Positions 48,962 to 59,118 of a stretch of DNA of 64,000 nucleotides are shown here, one piece after another. Origin of the DNA: Minisyncoccota bacterium (GTDB lineage Bacteria > Patescibacteriota > Minisyncoccia > Phycocordibacterales > JABAAK01); the NCBI GenBank assembly GCA_958295675.1, contig OY282360.1, forward strand, positions 52,133-116,132, in the 5' to 3' direction. Numbering within the stretch: position 1 is the first letter of the stretch; every line of letters begins with the position of its first letter. A program made the translations under genes and the position numbers. The notes beneath the pieces are model-generated. The model did no database searches. It saw only the letters and a program-made list of their open reading frames with translations, and was not told where the DNA came from.

Positions 48962-49032
48962 GACAAGCAGGTTAGTATGCAATACACTGGTGTTGTGTAA
49001 TAGTTGTATTCCGCCTCAGGCGGGATTTTTTA
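48962..49032 (+). promoter_or_regulatory. Possible nusA promoter (TTGACA-17-TACACT) followed by a leader hairpin with T-run
   Basis: TTGACAagcaggttagtatgcaaTACACT then CGCCTCAGGCGG + GATTTTTT ~25 nt before the nusA ATG. Confidence 0.3.
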
Positions 49033-49054
49033 ATCCAATTTTGTAAAAAAAGAT

Positions 49055-50386
49055 ATGTTTGATATAAAAGAAATAAAAAATGTTGTGCAGCAGATTGCGG
49101 AGACGAGACAATTATCCGAGGATGCATTATGGTCGGCGATTGAAGCGGCTTTTGCCGCGGCGTACAAAAGAGAGTATGCAAAGAACGATCAAATTATCCG
49201 AGCGCGTATCAATCGCGAGAACGGAGAATTCAATTTTTTTCAGGTGAAACAGGTTCTTGATGAGTCACAAATTCTTCCGGAGGATGAACAGTCGGAAGAT
49301 GAGGAGGAAACGCGTGTGCGGTTTAATCCGGAACGACATATGATGGTTGATGACGCGCAATTAGTCCGACAGGGTATTAAGGCAGGTGAGGAGATTCTGT
49401 TTCCGCTTGAAGTAAAGACCGATTTCGGTAGAATAGCGGCACAGTCAGCGCGACAGGCAGTAACGCAAAAGATACATGAAGCGGAACGGGAAGCTGCAAT
49501 GTCAGAGTTTGAAGGGAAAGAGCACACACTGGTGCATGGGCAGGTACAGCGCATTGAGCGTGGAAATGTGTTTGTTGATCTCGGCAGGACGGTCGCGATT
49601 CTTCCGTTTTCCGAACAAATTCGCAACGAGCGATTTAAACAAGGGGATACAATTCGCACATATATTCAGTCAATTGATACAACACGAAGAAGCGGCGGCT
49701 TTGTCCGCCTCTCCAGATCGGTGCCGGAGTTTGTTGTGAAACTGTTTGAGATGGAGGTGCCTGAGCTCATGGATGGTGTTTTAGAAATAAAAGCAATAGC
49801 CCGGGATCCTGGTGTACGGACAAAAATTGCAGTTGAAACAAAAGATCCGTCGGTTGATCCGGTGGGTTCGTTCGTTGGACAGCGTGGTGTGCGAGTAATG
49901 ACAGTGAAGAGTGAATTGGGGGGTGAACAGATTGATATTATCAATTGGTCAGAAAATGTTAATGAGTTTATCGGTGAATCATTACTGCCGGCGGAGGTAA
50001 TGGGTGTGACGGTTGATAATAATGCACAACGGGCATTAGTGCGGGTGACTGATGAGCAAATACCGATTGCCATCGGTCGCGGTGGTCAGAATATTCGGCT
50101 GGCCGCACAACTAACCAAATGGACTGTTGTTATTGTGGATAGTAGTGAGATTGAGGTTGCTCAGGCAAATCCTGAGGGTGAAATAAATATCATAAAAAAA
50201 GATGATCGTAATGCCACTCCGAACCAAAAGAAAGACGCGGCGGACGAAAAATCAGACATGGAATTGGCGGGCAATGAAGACACCAATAGTAATGGACAAA
50301 AACAAGAAAATATTACAGAAAGTGTTCCTGATGATATAGGAACAGATGAATTAAAAGAGAATGCAGATGAAAAAAAACCAGAGTGA
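49055..50386 (+). CDS. nusA: Transcription termination/antitermination factor NusA (with acidic C-terminal tail)
   Basis: 443 aa; NusA N-terminal domain, S1 domain (HTLVHGQVQRIERGNVFVDLG), two KH domains, long D/E/K-rich tail. Confidence 0.9.
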   Translation: MFDIKEIKNVVQQIAETRQLSEDALWSAIEAAFAAAYKREYAKNDQIIRARINRENGEFNFFQVKQVLDESQILPEDEQSEDEEETRVRFNPERHMMVDDAQLVRQGIKAGEEILFPLEVKTDFGRIAAQSARQAVTQKIHEAEREAAMSEFEGKEHTLVHGQVQRIERGNVFVDLGRTVAILPFSEQIRNERFKQGDTIRTYIQSIDTTRRSGGFVRLSRSVPEFVVKLFEMEVPELMDGVLEIKAIARDPGVRTKIAVETKDPSVDPVGSFVGQRGVRVMTVKSELGGEQIDIINWSENVNEFIGESLLPAEVMGVTVDNNAQRALVRVTDEQIPIAIGRGGQNIRLAAQLTKWTVVIVDSSEIEVAQANPEGEINIIKKDDRNATPNQKKDAADEKSDMELAGNEDTNSNGQKQENITESVPDDIGTDELKENADEKKPE

Positions 50387-50473
50387 AATCGGAACAGGAG
50401 AAAGAAAATACCAAGTAAATAAAGGGTATTTTGTGCCTTTGCGAAATATGAATCCATGGTATACTAAAAGCGC

Positions 50474-50998
50474 ATGAACTTATTGCACGATGTTGATCCA
50501 GGGGATAGTGATGTGATACATGCGATTATTGAAATCCCCCGTGGATCGAAAAATAAGTACGAAATAGATAAGGAAACCGGTTTTATTACTTTAGACCGGG
50601 CAATGCATACGGCGCAGGACTATCCTGTTGATTATGGGTTTGTGCCGCAGACCTTATGGGATGACAATGATGCACTTGATATTGCAGTTATCACAACCTA
50701 CCCACTATACCCCGGCATTATGGTACGCGCCCGTCCGGTGGGCATTATCCGGATGATTGATGATGGGGAGAGTGATGATAAGGTGATCAGTGTGCCGGTG
50801 GACGACCCAAGATTTGATGAGGTGCAGGATATACAGAATGTAAATAAACATAGGGTACTGGAGATACAACATTTTTTCAGCACATACAAACAGATGCAGA
50901 ACAAGGTGGTAACCATACAAGGTGTCGGCACCGCAGCCGAAGCAAAACAGGCATTTGAACGCGCTTGTAAGATGTACAAAGAAAGCCTAACCAAGTAA
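50474..50998 (+). CDS. ppa: Inorganic pyrophosphatase (family I)
   Basis: 174 aa; EIPRGSKNKYE, DYGF, DDNDALD active-site motifs. Confidence 0.9.
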   Translation: MNLLHDVDPGDSDVIHAIIEIPRGSKNKYEIDKETGFITLDRAMHTAQDYPVDYGFVPQTLWDDNDALDIAVITTYPLYPGIMVRARPVGIIRMIDDGESDDKVISVPVDDPRFDEVQDIQNVNKHRVLEIQHFFSTYKQMQNKVVTIQGVGTAAEAKQAFERACKMYKESLTK

Positions 50999-51006
50999 TA
51001 TCTGAC

Positions 51007-51651
51007 ATGTTTATACACCACGAAAATAACACAAGGGATCATACTGGCGGTATGCGCATTTCTGATGCGGTGGTGCTGGTGGTGATAGTGTGTATATTTG
51101 TTTCACCAGTACTTATACTGCCGCTATTTCGCGTGCTTGCGGAGACAGTAGTGGTACAACAGGAGCAGATTGACACATTGGAGACCACGATAAACCACAA
51201 GGACTATAACATACTGTTGTCGTCATTGTTCGGTCGTGTGCAGCGTGATGTTTCTGATGAGGCGCACGACTATGTGCGGGATATTGATGAATACCGTATC
51301 AGGGTTGCACGCGGTGTTGAGGAGAATAATGAACTGCTTGCAGCTGTTTCAGTGCTTATACAGGATTATCCGAAGCAATTGGCGGACGGTTATCGTGAAG
51401 AGATAGAACAATTACAGAGAAAGGTGCAGAAACACAAACAGACCCTCCTGCCATACATAGAGAATGATGTATTTCTCAGTGATGCGGTGGTAGATTATTT
51501 TGATTTATATCCGTCTATTGTTGAGCGGTTAATCGGACAGGTAAAACGGAATACATCAGTTGATTATTTGAATGCGATACGGCAGGATTCATACACACTG
51601 CGCCGGGAGATTACTGTTCTGTATGCACGGGCGCGTGATGTGCTGCGTTAA
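51007..51651 (+). CDS. Membrane-anchored hypothetical protein
   Basis: 214 aa; single TM AVVLVVIVCIFVSPVLILPLF; coiled-coil rest. Confidence 0.5.
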   Translation: MFIHHENNTRDHTGGMRISDAVVLVVIVCIFVSPVLILPLFRVLAETVVVQQEQIDTLETTINHKDYNILLSSLFGRVQRDVSDEAHDYVRDIDEYRIRVARGVEENNELLAAVSVLIQDYPKQLADGYREEIEQLQRKVQKHKQTLLPYIENDVFLSDAVVDYFDLYPSIVERLIGQVKRNTSVDYLNAIRQDSYTLRREITVLYARARDVLR

Positions 51652-51693
51652 TAACACATCATAAAGTTGCTTAAACTATAGCAAAGGTGTATC

Positions 51694-51999
51694 GTGCAGG
51701 TGATGGAGCGTAAAAAAGACCGATCAACCTATAGCGCAATCTTTGCAGTTCTCTTGATTGTCCTTATCATTGTCATTATCGGTTATAGTGCAGTGCAGGA
51801 TATTGTGCGCGACTGGAAAGATGGATTCGGAGATCAAGTAACAGCGGTAAATACCACAGATGTTCCGTCAGAGAGCACAGTGCTTTATGAAAATCTGTCT
51901 GATGAGGAGGCAGATCAGATTATTAAAGAACTACTGCAGTCGGGAAAGACAAACTTAGAGAGAATAGAAGAGATAGAATCAATAATTTTAGATAAATAA
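51694..51999 (+). CDS. Small membrane-anchored hypothetical protein
   Basis: 101 aa; TM AIFAVLLIVLIIVIIGY; stop overlaps tig start (TAATG). Confidence 0.45.
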   Translation: MQVMERKKDRSTYSAIFAVLLIVLIIVIIGYSAVQDIVRDWKDGFGDQVTAVNTTDVPSESTVLYENLSDEEADQIIKELLQSGKTNLERIEEIESIILDK

Positions 52000-53102
52000 T
52001 GAATACAGCACAACAAACATTTTCATTGGAAATTCAAAAGGATGAAGAAAGGTCGCATGCCGAAATAACAGGCACAGTTCCGAGAGAGAAGATAGAGGAG
52101 GTCCGCACATCTGTTTTGGAGCGTTTGCAGAAACAGAAGAAGATAGATGGATTCCGGGACGGCACTGCACCGCTTGATATCGTTGAACGCACAGTTGGTT
52201 CACTGGAAGTGTGGCGACAGAGCACACATGAAGTGATCATGCGCCATTTTCCTGAGATAGTCGCGGAAGAGGGATTGGCACCGCTCGGCTCTCCGAATTT
52301 ACAACTTACCAGCATGCCGGTTAATGGTGATGTCGCGTTTCGCATTAGTTTTTTCACAATGCCGAAAGTGACCTTGCCCGACTATGCGGCGATTGTAAGA
52401 GCGATGGATGATCCTAAGTCACCGGAACCTGCAACCGATGAGGAAGTACAACAGATAGTGAATGATGTTCGCAGAAGTTTATATAAAAAAGCGCATCTGG
52501 AAAAACAACCACCAACTGACGAGAAAGATCTTCCGGAACTTACTGATGAATACATTCAGGAGATATCGCAGCAGTACAAAGACAGGGAAAGTTTTCTGAA
52601 AGGAGTCCGAGAATCCATTACCGCAGAGAAGAAAATGCAGGCACGCGCGATGTTCCGGGAAAGCATGTTGGATGCGATTATCGCCAAGACAGCGATTACA
52701 ATACCGGATGTTGTGGTTGAAGAGGACAGTAAAAGGGCGTATATGGACCTTGAAAAACAAGCAGAGCGTCTCGGTACCACGATAGCACAATACCTCAAGG
52801 AACAAAATATTAATGAGGAACAGTTGCGCGGACAACTTAAAGAGGAATCAAAAAAGCGGGCACACTTGCAATTGGTGATGAATGCCATCAGCGCGAAAGA
52901 GCATATTCATCCGGACAGCAAGGATGTTGAGAAGGAGGTTGCGCGATTTAGGGATCGTGCGGGTGACATGACTGATGAGCAAGTGCATACCTATATTGAA
53001 TCAATTTTAACAAACGAGGCAGTGATGCAGTTTTTGGAAAAACAACAGGGAAAAGAGCATGATGCGCAAGGGAACCCGCCGCAAAATACCGCCAGTGGAT
53101 AA
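51999..53102 (+). CDS. tig: Trigger factor (short form)
   Basis: Ribosome-binding signature IDGFRDGTAP (GFRxGxxP); conserved position directly upstream of clpP. Confidence 0.8.
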   Translation: MNTAQQTFSLEIQKDEERSHAEITGTVPREKIEEVRTSVLERLQKQKKIDGFRDGTAPLDIVERTVGSLEVWRQSTHEVIMRHFPEIVAEEGLAPLGSPNLQLTSMPVNGDVAFRISFFTMPKVTLPDYAAIVRAMDDPKSPEPATDEEVQQIVNDVRRSLYKKAHLEKQPPTDEKDLPELTDEYIQEISQQYKDRESFLKGVRESITAEKKMQARAMFRESMLDAIIAKTAITIPDVVVEEDSKRAYMDLEKQAERLGTTIAQYLKEQNINEEQLRGQLKEESKKRAHLQLVMNAISAKEHIHPDSKDVEKEVARFRDRAGDMTDEQVHTYIESILTNEAVMQFLEKQQGKEHDAQGNPPQNTASG

Positions 53103-53135
53103 CATCTCTTGTTTTATGCTACACTGCGTGTACGT

Positions 53136-53714
53136 ATGAGTTTAATTATCCCAACTGTTATTGAGCAGACCAGCACCGGTACCCGTGCGTATGACATCTA
53201 TTCCCGTCTTTTGAATGATAGGATTATTTTTCTCGGCGGACCGATTGATGATCACAGTGCAAATCTCATTGTTGCACAGTTGTTGCTCCTTGATTCTCAG
53301 AATAAAGAGAAACCGATGCATCTCTACATTAATTCTCCGGGCGGTTCTGTCACTGCGGCAATGGCAATACTGGACACAATGAACCATGTGAAGGCCGATG
53401 TGGCGACAGTGTGTGTGGGGCTTGCAGCATCGGCGGGCGCGGTAATTCTTGCCAGTGGCGCGCGCGGAAAACGATCAGCATTAAAGAACGCCGAAATTAT
53501 GATCCATCAACCCCACGGAGGTGTGGAAGGTCAGGTGACGGATATCGCTATTGCGGCGAAGCGGATGCATGATATCAAGACACGAATGAACAAGATTTTG
53601 GCGAAGATAACAGAAAAAAGCGTGGAACAAATCGCAAAGGATGTTGAACGGGACAACTATATGACTGCAGACGAGGCAAAAAAGTACGGCTTAATAGACA
53701 AAATTCATAGTTAG
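53136..53714 (+). CDS. clpP: ATP-dependent Clp protease proteolytic subunit
   Basis: [11 protein letters not shown], catalytic Ser in GLAASAGA, His in MIHQP; ATG verified at 53136. Confidence 0.95.
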   Translation: MSLIIPTVIEQTSTGTRAYDIYSRLLNDRIIFLGGPIDDHSANLIVAQLLLLDSQNKEKPMHLYINSPGGSVTAAMAILDTMNHVKADVATVCVGLAASAGAVILASGARGKRSALKNAEIMIHQPHGGVEGQVTDIAIAAKRMHDIKTRMNKILAKITEKSVEQIAKDVERDNYMTADEAKKYGLIDKIHS

Positions 53715-53839
53715 TATTGTAATAGGTATCCAAAGACGGAAATAGTGAATATATACAATATGTCCACCAACCTATTTTTCCTTTGCTATACTTATGACAT
53801 GGGCAAAAGCCCTCGTTACAAGAAATAAAATATAGCTAT

Positions 53840-54115
53840 ATGATAAATAAAGCAAACTTGATTGAGAAAGTGCAGGAGGAAAACGATTTTACCAAAGCAC
53901 AGGCGGAGCAAATTGTTGATATGATATTTGACTGCATTGTGGACGAGGTGAAAAAAGGTAGCACTGTTTCCGTTGCCGGCTTTGGTATTTTTGAGGCAAA
54001 AAAACGAGCTGCACGAATGGGGCGAAATCCGAAGACAGGTGAAACCATTCAAATCAAGGCATCTACTTCTCCGAAGTTTCGCCCGGCAAAGGCATTCAAG
54101 GAGGCGGTTAACTAA
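53840..54115 (+). CDS. hup: DNA-binding protein HU
   Basis: 91 aa; MINKANLIEKV…GFGIFEAKKRAARMGRNPKTGETIQIKAS…PKFRPAKAFKEAV. Confidence 0.9.
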   Translation: MINKANLIEKVQEENDFTKAQAEQIVDMIFDCIVDEVKKGSTVSVAGFGIFEAKKRAARMGRNPKTGETIQIKASTSPKFRPAKAFKEAVN

Positions 54116-54136
54116 AGGTGTCGCAAAAAGCATGCT

Positions 54137-54178
54137 ATATACAACGACCGCACCTGCGGTCGTTGTATATTATTTAAG
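54137..54178 (+). terminator. Rho-independent terminator after hup
   Basis: 13-15 bp stem ATATACAACGACCGC/GCGGTCGTTGTATAT with ACCT loop, followed by TATTTAA. Confidence 0.6.
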
Positions 54179-54208
54179 TGTAAAAATTAAGCGTATACTA
54201 ATACATAT

Positions 54209-54913
54209 ATGCGGTCTGTACTCATTCATAACTGGAAAACATATATACCATCTGAAGATGCGGCTGTTGCACTTGCTGCTGCGTTACATGCACCGACTGA
54301 TACACTTTTGGTTGTCTGTCCATCCGCAGTGCATATACCCGTGATTAGGGAACACCTTTCAGGAAAAGGGATACATCTCGGAGCGCAGGATATTAGCGTT
54401 TCACGTGAAACACCGCAGACAGGCAGGTTATCAGGGGATCAACTCACTGATATGGGCGTACAGCATGTCATTGTAGGACATGCGGAAACCAGAGCAAACG
54501 GAGTGATTAATGCTATGGTTGTAGAAAAGGTAAAACATGCTACGGCAACAGGTATAACGCCAATTATCTGTATAAGCGAGCAAAAGAAGGATGAACCGTC
54601 AATAGGGGATGAGGTAGTCGGACAACTGCAAGAAATTGTGGAAAAAACTGACTCTATAGAACAAAGCATCATCGCGTATGAACCAACCGCGCACATTGGT
54701 GCGGAAAACGCACTTGATACGCAGGCGATAGGGGTTATAACAGCACGATTGCGCGATGTGCTGAAGAAAGACAGTATCCCCATACTCTATGGCGGGTCTG
54801 TTGATGCTGACAATGCGGTAGATATTATGAAAAATGGCGGGGTAAACGGCTTTCTGCTCGGACGGGCAAGTGTCAAGGCGGACACAGCAAATGCTATAAC
54901 CGCATTATTTTAA
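54209..54913 (+). CDS. tpiA: Triosephosphate isomerase
   Basis: NWK start motif, GAQD, GHAETR (GHSERR), YEPTAHIGA (YEPxWAIGTG), YGGSV; contains near-perfect parS at 54397. Confidence 0.85.
   Translation: MRSVLIHNWKTYIPSEDAAVALAAALHAPTDTLLVVCPSAVHIPVIREHLSGKGIHLGAQDISVSRETPQTGRLSGDQLTDMGVQHVIVGHAETRANGVINAMVVEKVKHATATGITPIICISEQKKDEPSIGDEVVGQLQEIVEKTDSIEQSIIAYEPTAHIGAENALDTQAIGVITARLRDVLKKDSIPILYGGSVDADNAVDIMKNGGVNGFLLGRASVKADTANAITALF
54397..54412. promoter_or_regulatory. parS-like site CGTTTCACGTGAAACA (15/16) inside tpiA coding sequence
   Basis: One mismatch at position 1 relative to TGTTTCACGTGAAACA. Confidence 0.5.
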
Positions 54914-54915
54914 CT

Positions 54916-56094
54916 ATGTTACTGCCCACCATACAACAAAAACACATACCAAGCGGTACCCAGGTGCTTATCCGAACTGCGCTTAATGTGCCGATAGAGA
55001 ATGGTGAAGTAATCAGTATGTTTCGCTTATACAGTGCTTTGCCGACAATTAAATTTCTCAAAGAAAAAGGTGCGCGTATCACCTTAATAAGCCATCTCAG
55101 CGACGAGACCGCATCACTCGCACCAGTGCATCAAATGCTCAACAAATTCATACCCGTCTCATTCATTCCGCACCTGACAGGAGAAGCGCCGTTTGCGGCA
55201 CGGCAACAACTGCAGCCGGGTGAAGTGCTTCTCCTTGAAAATACAAGGCACGATAAGCGAGAAAAACAGAACGACAGTCTGTTTGCTGAAGAACTTGCCG
55301 CAAATGCAGATATGTTCGTGTTTGATGATTTTACTGCAGCACATCGCGAGCACACCTCAACAACCGGAGTTATGGAATATCTCCCGCCGTATGCCGGTAT
55401 AAGGTTTTATGAAGAAGTGACCGCACTTTTACGCATAACAGAACGGCTTGAAAGACCGGCGGTCGCGGTACTCGGCGGTGCGAAATGTGAGACAAAAATT
55501 CCATTGATAGCGGAACTTGTGGAAACATATGACACGATATTCGTCAGTGGTGTCATCGCCAACACTCTGCTGAAGCATCGCGGACACAATATCGGCAATT
55601 CAAGGGTAGAAGATGTAGAAATACCGAAAGAAGTTGCTGAGGCAAACAATATCATACTCCCACAGGAAGTTGTCGTTACAAAAGATTTCATGAAGACGCG
55701 TATGGTACCGCTGGAAAAGGTGGAGGAGGATGACACCATCGTTGATGTTGGTGATCAGGTACTGAAAATAATGCAGTATCATTTTGAAAAAGCAAAAACC
55801 ATTGTGATGAACGGACCGACCAGCTGGTATGAAAAAGGATTTACAAAACAGACCGTACTGATAACAGAGATGGTGCGGCAATCAAACGCATATAGTTTTC
55901 TCGGTGGCGGTGATATTGTCGGCTTGCTTGAACAGAGAGACATGCTGAAAGGATTAATGTTTGTTTCAACCGGAGGCGGCTCATTGCTTGAATATTTAGC
56001 GAGCGGCACACTACCGGTCTTACGCGCATTTGAAAAGAAAATACAGGACAGGCAGATGCTCGGTGAAATGGTTCAGGAAACAAATCATATATAA
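54916..56094 (+). CDS. pgk: Phosphoglycerate kinase
   Basis: 392 aa; N-terminal R…LNVP substrate-binding motif, hinge and C-terminal nucleotide-binding domain GGGDIV…; tpiA-pgk adjacency. Confidence 0.9.
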   Translation: MLLPTIQQKHIPSGTQVLIRTALNVPIENGEVISMFRLYSALPTIKFLKEKGARITLISHLSDETASLAPVHQMLNKFIPVSFIPHLTGEAPFAARQQLQPGEVLLLENTRHDKREKQNDSLFAEELAANADMFVFDDFTAAHREHTSTTGVMEYLPPYAGIRFYEEVTALLRITERLERPAVAVLGGAKCETKIPLIAELVETYDTIFVSGVIANTLLKHRGHNIGNSRVEDVEIPKEVAEANNIILPQEVVVTKDFMKTRMVPLEKVEEDDTIVDVGDQVLKIMQYHFEKAKTIVMNGPTSWYEKGFTKQTVLITEMVRQSNAYSFLGGGDIVGLLEQRDMLKGLMFVSTGGGSLLEYLASGTLPVLRAFEKKIQDRQMLGEMVQETNHI

Positions 56095-56109
56095 TGATAT
56101 TCTGAAAAT

Positions 56110-56946
56110 ATGAATAAAAAGATACTTATTCTTATCGCCGGCATTGCCATCATCACACTTTTTTATTGTTCAGCAACCACACTGTACCGGCATATATTTT
56201 CAGAAGAAGCGATGCCTCTTGATGAGCACATACACCTGCTTGAGCCGTTTCTTGAGGTGATTCGACCGGCGGACATTATAGGCAAAACACCAGTTGTGGT
56301 AATTGTACCCGGCTGTCTGCACACCGTCAGCCATAATCCCTCGTGGCATGATCTCTTTCTGGAATCAGGTTATGCAGTGGTCATAATGGACAGTTTTACT
56401 CCGAGAGATTTGGAGGGTGATGCGCTGGAGAGGGTATGCTCATTACTTGCTGTGCCGGGATTTGACAGGGCAGGCGACATGTACGCAACTGTGGAGTATC
56501 TCAGACGACAGGATTGGGTTGATGCGGACCGTATTGCACTCGCCGGCTGGTCTCATGGCGGATGGGCGGTGATGGATGCGATGGCATTTTACGAAGAGCG
56601 AAAAAATCCATACAACATATCAGGAGAGATACCCAATCACCTTGATGGTGTGAGCGCTATTTTCATTGTGTACCCGCATTGCGGATTCGGTACCGCGGCA
56701 CATAACGGCTTTTTATGGAGCAAACGCATCCCGACGCTTATACTTATCGCAGGACAGGATCGTGGAGTGGATCCTGAAAAATGTATCAAATGGCACAACA
56801 AGCAAGAAAACCCTAATCTGCGGTTCACGATTCTTGAGAATGCGGAGCACACTTTTGATATTCCTGCACCGTACAACAGAGATCCGGTCCGATTTTCAGA
56901 GGAGTACTTGCGCGAAGCGATGAATATGGTACGCAATCTACTCTGA
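56110..56946 (+). CDS. Dienelactone hydrolase-family alpha/beta hydrolase (membrane-anchored)
   Basis: N-terminal TM; nucleophile elbow GWSHGG; Asp/His downstream (AEHTFD). Confidence 0.65.
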   Translation: MNKKILILIAGIAIITLFYCSATTLYRHIFSEEAMPLDEHIHLLEPFLEVIRPADIIGKTPVVVIVPGCLHTVSHNPSWHDLFLESGYAVVIMDSFTPRDLEGDALERVCSLLAVPGFDRAGDMYATVEYLRRQDWVDADRIALAGWSHGGWAVMDAMAFYEERKNPYNISGEIPNHLDGVSAIFIVYPHCGFGTAAHNGFLWSKRIPTLILIAGQDRGVDPEKCIKWHNKQENPNLRFTILENAEHTFDIPAPYNRDPVRFSEEYLREAMNMVRNLL

Positions 56947-57372
56947 CTCTTTATATTGTGATTTAACCATATCGGCGATTTGTTGTGCAATTTTCACCTG
57001 TTCTTCATCACTTTCATACTTTGTGTGGGGCAATCTGCCGAATTCAGTTTTATTGAATCGGGGAATAATATGAAAATGTAAATGGAATACTTCTTGTCCC
57101 GCCTCCGATCCGTTGTTTGAGATGATATTGATACCCGGCGCACCGGTTGCCTTTTTCACCGCATCGGCAACTACAACAATTGCCCGCATAAGATCGCCGG
57201 CGGCGATGTCGGAGAGCGTATGTATGTCTTTTATCGGTTTCTTCGGTATCACCAATGTGTGTCCTTTATGTACCGGGTTGATATCTAAAAATGCAAGCAC
57301 GGTGTCGGTCTCATATACCTTGCTTGCAGGAATTTCTCCGTTAATAATTTTTTGAAATATTGTCTCTGCCAT
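56938..57372 (-). CDS. HIT-family (histidine triad) nucleotide hydrolase
   Basis: Histidine triad EVFHLHFHIIPR; start MAETIFQKIINGEIP verified at 57372. Confidence 0.85.
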   Translation of the reverse strand: MAETIFQKIINGEIPASKVYETDTVLAFLDINPVHKGHTLVIPKKPIKDIHTLSDIAAGDLMRAIVVVADAVKKATGAPGINIISNNGSEAGQEVFHLHFHIIPRFNKTEFGRLPHTKYESDEEQVKIAQQIADMVKSQYKESE

Positions 57373-57416
57373 ACATGGTTCAGTATAGCCGATTCGTAGT
57401 AAGGACACATGCTACC

Positions 57417-59117
57417 ATGCGTATAATGTATTCTGTAAGGGAGAATCCGCCTCAGGATATTCAAAAAACACTTGAAGGGCATGATGAACTCACCCAGCGT
57501 CTGCTCTATGCGCGAGGCATCACCACTCAAAAAGATGCAGATCTATTTCTCCGTAAAGTATGGGAGGATATTAATCCGTATATATATGCCGATATGCGCA
57601 AGGCGGCAGAACGCATACTTACTGCCGTGGCAAAAAAAGAGATTATCGGCATATATGGTGATTATGATTGTGACGGTATACCGGCAGCGGCAGCACTGTA
57701 TTCAACTCTCAGGGCGTTCGGACATAACGACATTGTGTACCATGTGCCGGACCGAAACAGAGATGGGTTTGGTCTGAACACCAAAGGCATACAGCATCTT
57801 ATTGACAGCGGCGTGACTGTAGCGTGTATTCTTGATTGCGGAACTTCAGATCCTGATGGTATTGCGCAGATGCGAACTGCGGGAATTGACACGGTGGTTA
57901 TAGATCACCATTTACCCGGCAAAACAGTACCTGATACATTCGCCATGCTGAATCCGACATTAGAAAAAGAAATATCTGAACCGCATCCATGCGCCGCCGG
58001 TATTACCTATTTCTTCATCCAAGCTCTTATTCTGCAGGCACAGGATATGCCGCTTGCTGTAAAACCGAAGCCGGGCTGGGAAAAATGGCAGTTAGATGTG
58101 GTGTGTTTAGCAACATTATCAGACATGGTGCCGTTACGCGGTATCAACAGACAAATTGCCCACTACGGTCTCTCGGTTATGCGAAAGAGTCCGCGCCCGG
58201 GTATTCACGCGCTTTGCGAAGATCTCAAAATTAATCAGCGGCAGATCACGCAGGATGACCTCACCTTTCTCATTGTTCCGCGCATCAATGCGGCATCCCG
58301 TATGGGTGATGCCCGCATCGCGTTCAATCTTCTCACTTCAGATGATGTGGTTGAGGCAAAAGAATTAGTAAAAATACTCACCAAACTGAATAATAAAAGA
58401 AAAACAACTGTGGCAACTATGGTGCGCGAAACACATAAACATGCGGAAAAAAAGAATGAGAATAAGGCGGTGTGGGTATTCGGCAACCGCACATGGAAAC
58501 CATCCCTTGTCGGATTGGTCGCGCAGAAACTGGTAGAAACATATGGCAAAACGATATTTGTGTGGGGACAGGAAGATAGTCGTGAGAAATCGGTTATTAG
58601 AGGGTCATGCAGATCAGCAAAGCACAACACTTTCAATATGATGCAGGAAATACCGGATCTTTTTGTTGAAGCGGGCGGTCATGCACAGGCAGGAGGATTT
58701 ACACTTACAGAAGCAGCTGAAATTACACTTGAAGATCGGTTAAATGAGACGCTCGCGTGCAAGCAAGAGGAAACATCCGTGTATTATGTTGACAGTGAAT
58801 GTGTGATTGGCGATATACAGCGGCTTCTGTCGCTTTGTGAGCGTTTCGCGCCATTTGGTGCGGAAAATGAGCAGGTGCGGGTCGCAATACCGAAATGCAC
58901 GGTACGCAGGCAGATTTGGTTCGGGAAGAATAAAGAGCATATACGGTATGTATTTTCAGATGATACCGGCGAGGTAGACGGCATATCGTTCTTTGCTGGA
59001 AAAAAGGAGGATGGTGAAACACTGGAACGCGCGTCCTTACGCGCTGTAATCGGTCTGCTTGAATGGGATTTTTTTAGAAACCGACCGCGTGTGCGGGTAA
59101 AAGATATTGTGCGGTAG
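57417..59117 (+). CDS. recJ: Single-stranded-DNA-specific exonuclease RecJ
   Basis: DHH-family motifs GDYDCDG, VIDHHLPG, DHHA1 region GGHAQAGG; ATG 57417 avoids overlap with divergent HIT gene. Confidence 0.85.
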   Translation: MRIMYSVRENPPQDIQKTLEGHDELTQRLLYARGITTQKDADLFLRKVWEDINPYIYADMRKAAERILTAVAKKEIIGIYGDYDCDGIPAAAALYSTLRAFGHNDIVYHVPDRNRDGFGLNTKGIQHLIDSGVTVACILDCGTSDPDGIAQMRTAGIDTVVIDHHLPGKTVPDTFAMLNPTLEKEISEPHPCAAGITYFFIQALILQAQDMPLAVKPKPGWEKWQLDVVCLATLSDMVPLRGINRQIAHYGLSVMRKSPRPGIHALCEDLKINQRQITQDDLTFLIVPRINAASRMGDARIAFNLLTSDDVVEAKELVKILTKLNNKRKTTVATMVRETHKHAEKKNENKAVWVFGNRTWKPSLVGLVAQKLVETYGKTIFVWGQEDSREKSVIRGSCRSAKHNTFNMMQEIPDLFVEAGGHAQAGGFTLTEAAEITLEDRLNETLACKQEETSVYYVDSECVIGDIQRLLSLCERFAPFGAENEQVRVAIPKCTVRRQIWFGKNKEHIRYVFSDDTGEVDGISFFAGKKEDGETLERASLRAVIGLLEWDFFRNRPRVRVKDIVR

Positions 59118-59118
59118 C

